Shown here: positions 1 to 5,482 of the stretch, one piece after another
Layout of the letters: each line of letters starts with the position of its first letter
How positions within the stretch are numbered: the first letter of the stretch is position 1
From: a bacterium
GTDB taxonomy: Bacteria > Eisenbacteria > RBG-16-71-46
Reading direction: 5' to 3'
Length of the DNA stretch: 14,144 nucleotides
NCBI GenBank assembly: GCA_043779265.1
Contig: JAYWEM010000023.1
Span: 1 to 14,144 of the forward strand
Notes under the pieces: generated by a model
The model's input: the letters and a program-made list of their open reading frames with translations, nothing else
What the model was told of the DNA's origin: nothing
Databases searched by the model: none
Position numbers and translations under genes: made by a program

Positions 1-2930
1 TACGGGCTCGGCGGCGAGGTGGTGTTGAGTCCATAGTTGAAGTTCGCCGATGTGATCGCCGGCACCATGCTGTTGACCGCACCCGCCGAGGGGTCGACGC
101 CATTGCGCGGAAGACCGAGCACGTCCAGATAGAGGATGGACACACCGCCGGCGAAGCCCGACTCGGTGGCACGCCAGCCGACGACCAGGTCCTTGAAGGC
201 GGCCGTGCCGCCCAGGTCCGCCGCATGGAGCGAGATGACGATGCCCGGTGGCGTGTAGTCATCGAGCATGTCGAAGCTCCACAGGAACGAGAGCCCGCGG
301 TTGCGGAAGTACATCACCCGGCCGTCGCTCGTCGTTCGCTGGGTGCCCACCAGGACGTCCTGCGAGCCGTCCTGGTCGACGTCGGTCACCGCCAGCGAGG
401 TCACCGCATCGTTGAAGAGCGTGATGCTGTTGCGCCACACGAAGCGAGATCCGTTCGCCTTGCTCACGAACTTGAAGAAGTGGAGCTCACCGCGATAGGC
501 GCCCGTGCGGGTGCCGACCACCAGGTCCTTGAGACCATCGCCGTCGAAGTCCGCCAGCGCCATCGCCGCGACTTCGCCCATGGCCGAGCCGGGCACGGAG
601 CCGGCCGGCGGGTAGATCTCCTGCCGCGAGAAGGTCGGCGTCGCCGCATCGTTGCTCTGCCAGACCTCGATCGTGCCGCGGCCAGCGACCGGCGACTTGG
701 TGCCCACGATGATGTCCGGCGAGCTTCCGCCCGCACAATCGTAGGTCAGTACGGACTGGACTTCGCCGGCATCGTTGGTGCGGTAGGCCTGACCCGTGCT
801 GAATGTCGCGGGCAGATAGCCCTCGTTCGAATTCGAGTTCTGATTGAACCACACGAACAAGTTGCCGCTCGCGGCGTTCTTGGTGCCGGTCACGATGTCC
901 GGGCGTGCGATCGGCGCGTTGCGGTCGAGCGTGTCCGCCGCGATCGAGAGGACCGAACTCGGCGCATTGCGCGTGTAGCCGGAACTCGAGGTCGCCGTGG
1001 GTGAGGCGGTGAAGAGTGGCGAGTTGGCGTACTGGTTGAACCAGACCGAGAGGTTGTCCGTGCCGCCGGCATCGGCTCCGAGCACCAAGTCGGCGTCGGC
1101 GCGAGCATTCTGCGTCTGGTTCCCGTGCCAGTCCTTCTCGATCAAATCCACCGCATGGAGGCTCAGCACGCGGCTGGCGTTGAGCGAAATGATGGTGAAC
1201 GTGCCCATGCCGAAGTTCCTGCCGGTGAGCGTCTGGTTCGCCGTCAGGTAGAGCCCGTTGAACGAGGTGCTCGTCGTGGGATAGAAGCCCGGCGCCGGCA
1301 CGGTGTAGAGCGAGTAGGGTCGCGTGCGCGGCGGGTCGTTGGCAGGCACGACCACTTCGTAGTCCCCATTGACGTCGGTCGTGGCGTAACCGGCCACTGA
1401 GATGCCGCCGTCGGTCGTGGCGCCCACCCACACGCCCTGGATGCCGGTCTCGCCGGAGTCGAGGACACCGTTCTTGTTGACGTCCTTGAAGACCTTGCCG
1501 CGCAGCTTGCCGTTGGCGGAGCGCTGCAGCCCGAAGCTGTGCGATGCGCTGCCGCCATTCGACATCGAGCCGGTCTGCGGATTGGCCGTCGTGCTGCGCA
1601 TCGAGTCCGGCACGGTCACGTGCGCCGAATACGTTCCCGGCGAGACGAACAGGGAAACGACGCCGGAGGAGTTGGTGTAGTCCGACGAGCCCGAGGTGGA
1701 GACCGGGATCCCGGCGAGCGGGCCCTCGCCCGAGCCCTGTGTGCCGTTACCGTCGAGGTCCTCGAAGATGCTGAGTTGGGCCCAGCCGCCGCTGCGAGCC
1801 GTATCCGCGAACGACCGGGTGATCGTGGTGTTCACGAGGGTGATCGCGAACGAGTCCGGCGACGTGAAGACGCCGAACCCGGCGGGTGGAGTGTGGCGGA
1901 GCGTGTAGCTGCCGGCCGGGGCGCGAATCGAGAAGTAGCCGGTGCTCGAGCTATAGGACACGTAGGACGAGCCGAGCCGGACGGCGACGCCGGTCAGGGG
2001 CTGGTCGCCGCTGTTGAAGACGCGGTCCGTGTTGCGGTCGTCGAAGACATAGCCGTCGACGGTGTAGGTCGTGACGCCGAAGTCCGGGACGCTGCGCATC
2101 GCGTTGACCTGTGAGGTCAGCGTGGTCTTGGCGTAGCGGCCGCCGGCGTCGGGACTGCCGCTCGCGGCGGTCACGCTCAGTGCCACGCGCTCGATGTTCG
2201 ACAACTGGTTCGCGGGCACGGCGCCGTTGGCCCAGTTGTATGGGGTCGAGCTGCCCTTCATGAAGACCGTGAACATCGGCGGCACCTCGCCGCCCGGCTT
2301 GTAGACCAGGGCCACACGCTCCTGTGCGCCGCCGTTGTTGTTCGCCGACCCGCCGGTGGAGTCGCCGTAGACTTCGCGGACGAGCACGTAGTCGGAGGGG
2401 TTCTGCGTGCGGCGCGCGTCCGCGCCCTGGCTGGCGGCGACATCGGAGTCGTCCACGGAACCGTCATTGTTGACGTCGAGCGTGTAGCGCACGAGCTCGG
2501 CGCCGGTGCGATAGCGGATCGGCGGCTGCCACGACGTGCCATTGAGCTTGTGTGGTCGCGGATTCGCGATCGGGTTGTAGGCCAGGGGCAATCCGCGCGC
2601 CGCCGTGGTGTCGGGATAGGGCGTGAAGTTGGCCGCCAGGATGATCTCGCCCGAGTCCACATAGGCGATCGCAGGCTGCGGGGTGGAGTAGTCCGGGTCG
2701 GCACCGAACCCGGCGGAGCGCAGGTCGCGCGACAGCATGTCGATGGCGGCGCGTGCAGCCTGTTCCGACTCCATCTGCGACACGGTCGACGCCTTGCTGC
2801 GTGCGAATTGCATGACGATGACGGACACGGTGACCATCACCGCTGCGAGGATGATCAACGTGACCATGATCTCGATCAACGTGAAGCCACTGGACCTGCG
2901 TCGGCTCGGCTGCACAGTCGACTGGAACAT
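1..2930 (-). CDS. Giant PilW-like type IV minor pilin fused to 3 SdrD-B-like domains and an FG-GAP/VCBS beta-propeller (no stop codon inside the window, at least 976 aa)
   Basis: Hand-translated and absent from the ORF track. ATG at 2930, 2 nt after the PilV-like stop, and the frame stays open to the window edge. N-terminus MFQSTVQPSRRRSSG|FTLIEIMVTLIILAAVMVTVSVIV is a class III signal peptide (G|F, E5). AARAAIDMLSRDLRSAGFG is the PilW/PulJ-type helix. Three repeats GYVFDDRNTDRVFNSGDQPLTGV, SIFEDLDGNGTQGSGEGPLAGI and GKVFKDVNKNGVLDSGETGIQGV (~2070-1205) match the SdrD-B pattern. FG-GAP-like repeats such as ALADFDGDGLKDLVVG and AVTDVDQDGSQDVLVG occupy ~1175-1. Confidence 0.92.
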   Translation of the reverse strand, partial: MFQSTVQPSRRRSSGFTLIEIMVTLIILAAVMVTVSVIVMQFARSKASTVSQMESEQAARAAIDMLSRDLRSAGFGADPDYSTPQPAIAYVDSGEIILAANFTPYPDTTAARGLPLAYNPIANPRPHKLNGTSWQPPIRYRTGAELVRYTLDVNNDGSVDDSDVAASQGADARRTQNPSDYVLVREVYGDSTGGSANNNGGAQERVALVYKPGGEVPPMFTVFMKGSSTPYNWANGAVPANQLSNIERVALSVTAASGSPDAGGRYAKTTLTSQVNAMRSVPDFGVTTYTVDGYVFDDRNTDRVFNSGDQPLTGVAVRLGSSYVSYSSSTGYFSIRAPAGSYTLRHTPPAGFGVFTSPDSFAITLVNTTITRSFADTARSGGWAQLSIFEDLDGNGTQGSGEGPLAGIPVSTSGSSDYTNSSGVVSLFVSPGTYSAHVTVPDSMRSTTANPQTGSMSNGGSASHSFGLQRSANGKLRGKVFKDVNKNGVLDSGETGIQGVWVGATTDGGISVAGYATTDVNGDYEVVVPANDPPRTRPYSLYTVPAPGFYPTTSTSFNGLYLTANQTLTGRNFGMGTFTIISLNASRVLSLHAVDLIEKDWHGNQTQNARADADLVLGADAGGTDNLSVWFNQYANSPLFTASPTATSSSGYTRNAPSSVLSIAADTLDRNAPIARPDIVTGTKNAASGNLFVWFNQNSNSNEGYLPATFSTGQAYRTNDAGEVQSVLTYDCAGGSSPDIIVGTKSPVAGRGTIEVWQSNDAATPTFSRQEIYPPAGSVPGSAMGEVAAMALADFDGDGLKDLVVGTRTGAYRGELHFFKFVSKANGSRFVWRNSITLFNDAVTSLAVTDVDQDGSQDVLVGTQRTTSDGRVMYFRNRGLSFLWSFDMLDDYTPPGIVISLHAADLGGTAAFKDLVVGWRATESGFAGGVSILYLDVLGLPRNGVDPSAGAVNSMVPAITSANFNYGLNTTSPPSP

Positions 2931-2932
2931 AC

Positions 2933-3352
2933 TCACCGCCTCACGTAGGTGCTGGTGGAGATGGAGCGCGACGTGATCCCCGCACCGCTATAGGTGACGG
3001 TGACGGTGATCTTCTTCAGGTTCGCCAGCGTCCCGGTCATCGTGTTGACCGTGTAGAAGCGCTGCCACTGGCCGCTCTCGAGCGACTCGGTGGCGGTTCC
3101 GGCCGGGTGCCGTCCGTTGACCAGCTCCGCGTCGGCCCATCGCTTGCGGGAAAGCAGCTCGACTTTGTCCTGGGCCCAGTAGTTGGCGCCGGTCAGAAGG
3201 CGGTCCTGCTCCTGCGCGCGCGCGCCGGAGGGGAACACGCGACCCATCGCCAGGATGCCGACGGCGAGGATGATGAGCGTGATCAGCAGTTCGATGAGCG
3301 AGAAGCCCCGCTCGCCTCGGAGCCGCTCCGTGAAGGGCGCGCGAGTGCTCAT
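2933..3352 (-). CDS. Type IV pilus minor pilin, PilV-like (prepilin N-terminal cleavage/methylation protein), 139 aa
   Basis: RGERG|FSLIELLITLIILAVGILAMG prepilin motif. AQDKVELL helix and C-terminal LKKITVTVTY strand are typical of PilV/GspI-like pilins. The ATG overlaps the upstream stop (ATGA at 3352-3349). Confidence 0.88.
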   Translation of the reverse strand: MSTRAPFTERLRGERGFSLIELLITLIILAVGILAMGRVFPSGARAQEQDRLLTGANYWAQDKVELLSRKRWADAELVNGRHPAGTATESLESGQWQRFYTVNTMTGTLANLKKITVTVTYSGAGITSRSISTSTYVRR

Positions 3353-3780
3353 GGCGCCAGCACCAGGCCCGAGAGCTGGACACTCACGGTGTCACGCATC
3401 CCGCGATCGTTCTGGACGATGATGAAGCTGGACGTGCTCACGCGTCCGTCGCGGGTGACCGTGAAGCCAGGGGAGCTACCCGTCGCATAGGTGACGCCGC
3501 GGGGAAGTTTCCAGGACGTGATCTGCCCATTGTCGTGCGCGTGGTAGTCGCCGGCATTGGTCGAGTCCTTGGCGAAGTGGACGATCATCGGGCGGCCGGT
3601 CGCCATGGCCTTCGATCGCATGAGCTTCACCTGGGCCGCGACGTTCTCGGCGGCCCCCTTCACCTGATAGCTGCTCGAGATGTTCGAGTAGGCGGGCACG
3701 CCCATCGCCACGAGTATGCCGAGCAGCGACACGACGATCAGCATCTCGATCAGACTGAAGCCACTGGTTTCCCTCGGCAC
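3349..3780 (-). CDS. GspH/FimT/FimU-family minor (pseudo)pilin, about 143 aa
   Basis: Probable start is the GTG at 3780 giving MPRETSG|FSLIEMLIVVSLLGILVAMGVPAY, followed by VKGAAENVAAQVKLMRSKAMATGRPMIVHF (FimT-type helix) and VSVQLSGLV at the C-terminus. The track's extension to 3993 would give an implausibly long prepilin leader. Confidence 0.88.
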   Translation of the reverse strand: MPRETSGFSLIEMLIVVSLLGILVAMGVPAYSNISSSYQVKGAAENVAAQVKLMRSKAMATGRPMIVHFAKDSTNAGDYHAHDNGQITSWKLPRGVTYATGSSPGFTVTRDGRVSTSSFIIVQNDRGMRDTVSVQLSGLVLAP

Positions 3781-3893
3781 GTGACTCTCGATCCTGTGGA
3801 AGTGTGAGCAGGTTGATCCGGAGGGGGCCTGCTCTTGTTGTCGTCGCTGCGGCTTCGAACTTGAGCCCTCCCGAGCACTTTCTCCCCTCGTGC

Positions 3894-3909
3894 AGCAGGT
3901 GATTTGCCC
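3894..3909 (-). promoter_or_regulatory. Possible sigma54 (-24/-12) promoter for the pilin operon
   Basis: The minus strand reads GGGCAAATCACCTGCT, i.e. GG-N10-GC with GGCA and TGC cores, about 115 nt upstream of the FimT-like start. An AT-rich patch (CAATTAATCACGTT) lies just upstream. Imperfect match to TGGCAC-N5-TTGC. Confidence 0.25.
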
Positions 3910-4047
3910 CAGGCTGGCTGTAGGCGGTGACCCTAACGTGATTAATTGCGCCATGGGCCAGAGCTCGCCTGGAAACGAACCGAGCCACCCCATCTGACAT
4001 GAGGCAGGTCGGTGGGTCGAGAGGGATCGAGCGGTCCGGGCCCTTGC

Positions 4048-5019
4048 TCAGAACCCGATCGAGAACGATCCGTAGCGATGCGCGTCGCTGCGCTCCTCGA
4101 ACTCGTGGGTTGTGTACGAGAAGACGTATCGCAGCGAGACGCCTCCCATGCGCAGCCCGGCGCCGATCTGCGCTTCGCCCACGAGTGGGCGGCGGGTGAC
4201 GAAAGCGCTGCCTCCGCCCGTGTTGCCGTCCAGCATGATGTTGTGTGCGACCGCGCGTCCCTCGGCGCGAGCGAAGGCGAAGGCCTGGATCGGACGCTTC
4301 GTCGCGTTCGTGCCGAGCGAGGACGGGGCATTCGTGGGCGAGGGCCCGAAGTCATCGGGCAATGGCCAGCCGAGTCGCAGCGTCGCGCCGCTCGCCGCAT
4401 AGGTCGCCACATTGCCGAGCGACACCGTGGCATGCGGCACGATGTCGACATGGCGCTGAGCACCCATTGGCCGCCAGCGCTCCTGCAGGATCAACTGAAT
4501 GCCGGGCTCGTCGCGCAGCTGGTGCGACCAACCACGCGGTACTCGGATCCCGAGCTCGCGGTGCCACCACTCCTGCCCCTGCTGAGCGTAGGAGTGCGGT
4601 CCGACGATGCCAGCGCGCATCTCGAGCGAGCGCTCGCGATGTTCGCCGCTCGAGGTCAGGAACGCGCTTCCATAGAGCCAGCCTGCGTAGGGGCGATCAT
4701 CCGCCTGCGGCGTGGCGCGAGAGATGGCATCCGGCGTGTAGATCTCCTGCCCGATCGCGAGGCCGGCGCGGATGACCGCCTGCCGATCCTGGCCGACGAG
4801 ACGCTCGGCGATGCGCGCGGACCAACGTGGAGTGGATTCCTCGCCGACATGCCAGGCGATGCGCGAGCCCTGCGTGTAGTTGCGGTCCGAGGTCGCCGCA
4901 CCCGGGACGAACAGGTCCGTGTCGTTGTCGAGCGTCGTCTCGATGACAGCGGCGGACACCGAGGTCAAGTTCGCGAGGACGGACAACACGATCAGCGGCA
5001 GCGTGCGGCGCAGGTTCAA
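4048..5019 (-). CDS. lpxR: Lipid A 3'-O-deacylase LpxR family (DUF2219) outer-membrane beta-barrel
   Basis: Family motifs LDND, DRNYTQG, GQEIYTP, DRPYAGWLY, GIVGP, QEWWH and GWSHQL are present, with a C-terminal Phe (YGSFSIGF) typical of beta-barrels. A signal-peptide-like N-terminus MNLRRTLPLIVLSVLANLTSVSA results if translation starts at TTG 5019. The start is uncertain (track gives 5076). Confidence 0.88.
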   Translation of the reverse strand: MNLRRTLPLIVLSVLANLTSVSAAVIETTLDNDTDLFVPGAATSDRNYTQGSRIAWHVGEESTPRWSARIAERLVGQDRQAVIRAGLAIGQEIYTPDAISRATPQADDRPYAGWLYGSAFLTSSGEHRERSLEMRAGIVGPHSYAQQGQEWWHRELGIRVPRGWSHQLRDEPGIQLILQERWRPMGAQRHVDIVPHATVSLGNVATYAASGATLRLGWPLPDDFGPSPTNAPSSLGTNATKRPIQAFAFARAEGRAVAHNIMLDGNTGGGSAFVTRRPLVGEAQIGAGLRMGGVSLRYVFSYTTHEFEERSDAHRYGSFSIGF

Positions 5020-5482
5020 GGAGGTCTCGGCGAGGTGCTCCTGCGCGCCCCGGCACCCTCGTCCGGGGCATCGCATTCGAGCGGTGCACCATCATGGTCC
5101 GACGCCCGATTCGCGCGCTGCAAGCCCATCATTGCAGGTCGCCAAGTCGCCCGATTGCCCGGGCAAAAGCACCCGCGCCCCGCAACTCGCGTGGTTCCCG
5201 GCATCTGCGAGTCACCGTGCAGCGTGCAAGCCACTGGGGGATTCGGCCAGCCGGGCGAAAGGCCACTTCCGGTTCTGCACGACGGGCCGGAGTTCCGTGC
5301 AGGAGGCGCTGCTCGCGAAGTTTCCCATTGTCAACGCCACGTCAACTCGGTTATCACTCAGCGTGGCTTCATCGCAGTCGGCGTGCACGGAGGCGCGTCC
5401 TGATCGGAGCGTGACCGTGTGCGCCGTCCCCGAGACCGCGCGCCTCGTCCGTGCGCGGCCTCCTCTCACCGGAGGATCCCCC

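Noticed and set aside
1..2. The partial last codon TA- of the giant pilin could be a stop
   Set aside because: It cannot be resolved. The seventh propeller blade is incomplete at this point, so TAC/TAT (Tyr) and continuation are more likely.
225..2948. Track ORFs over the left 3 kb (225-1004 +, 487-1431 -, 1539-2114 +, 2258-2704 - and others)
   Set aside because: They are antisense or off-frame shadows of the single long minus-strand pilin gene. Their translations are Arg/Ala-rich and motif-free, as expected in high-GC DNA.
2870..3770. Near-identical DNA CCAGTGGCTTCA..TGATCGAGAT at the starts of the FimT-like and PilW-like genes
   Set aside because: It is explained by the shared SGF(S/T)LIE prepilin motif and codon bias, not by a mobile or recombination repeat.
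3860..3915. Possible c-di-GMP-I (GEMM) riboswitch upstream of the pilin genes (GGGCAAA...GAAA on the minus strand)
   Set aside because: I could not find the paired P2 stem around GAAA or the following GACGCAAAGC-type segment. An Rfam search would settle it.
3781..3993. 71-aa N-terminal extension of the FimT-like ORF
   Set aside because: Prepilin leaders are short, GTG 3780 gives a normal 7-aa leader, and the extension looks non-coding.
4880..5482. 201-aa N-terminal extension of the 899-aa track ORF
   Set aside because: It overlaps lpxR on the opposite strand and would bury the signal peptide. A GGAGG RBS supports ATG 5483.
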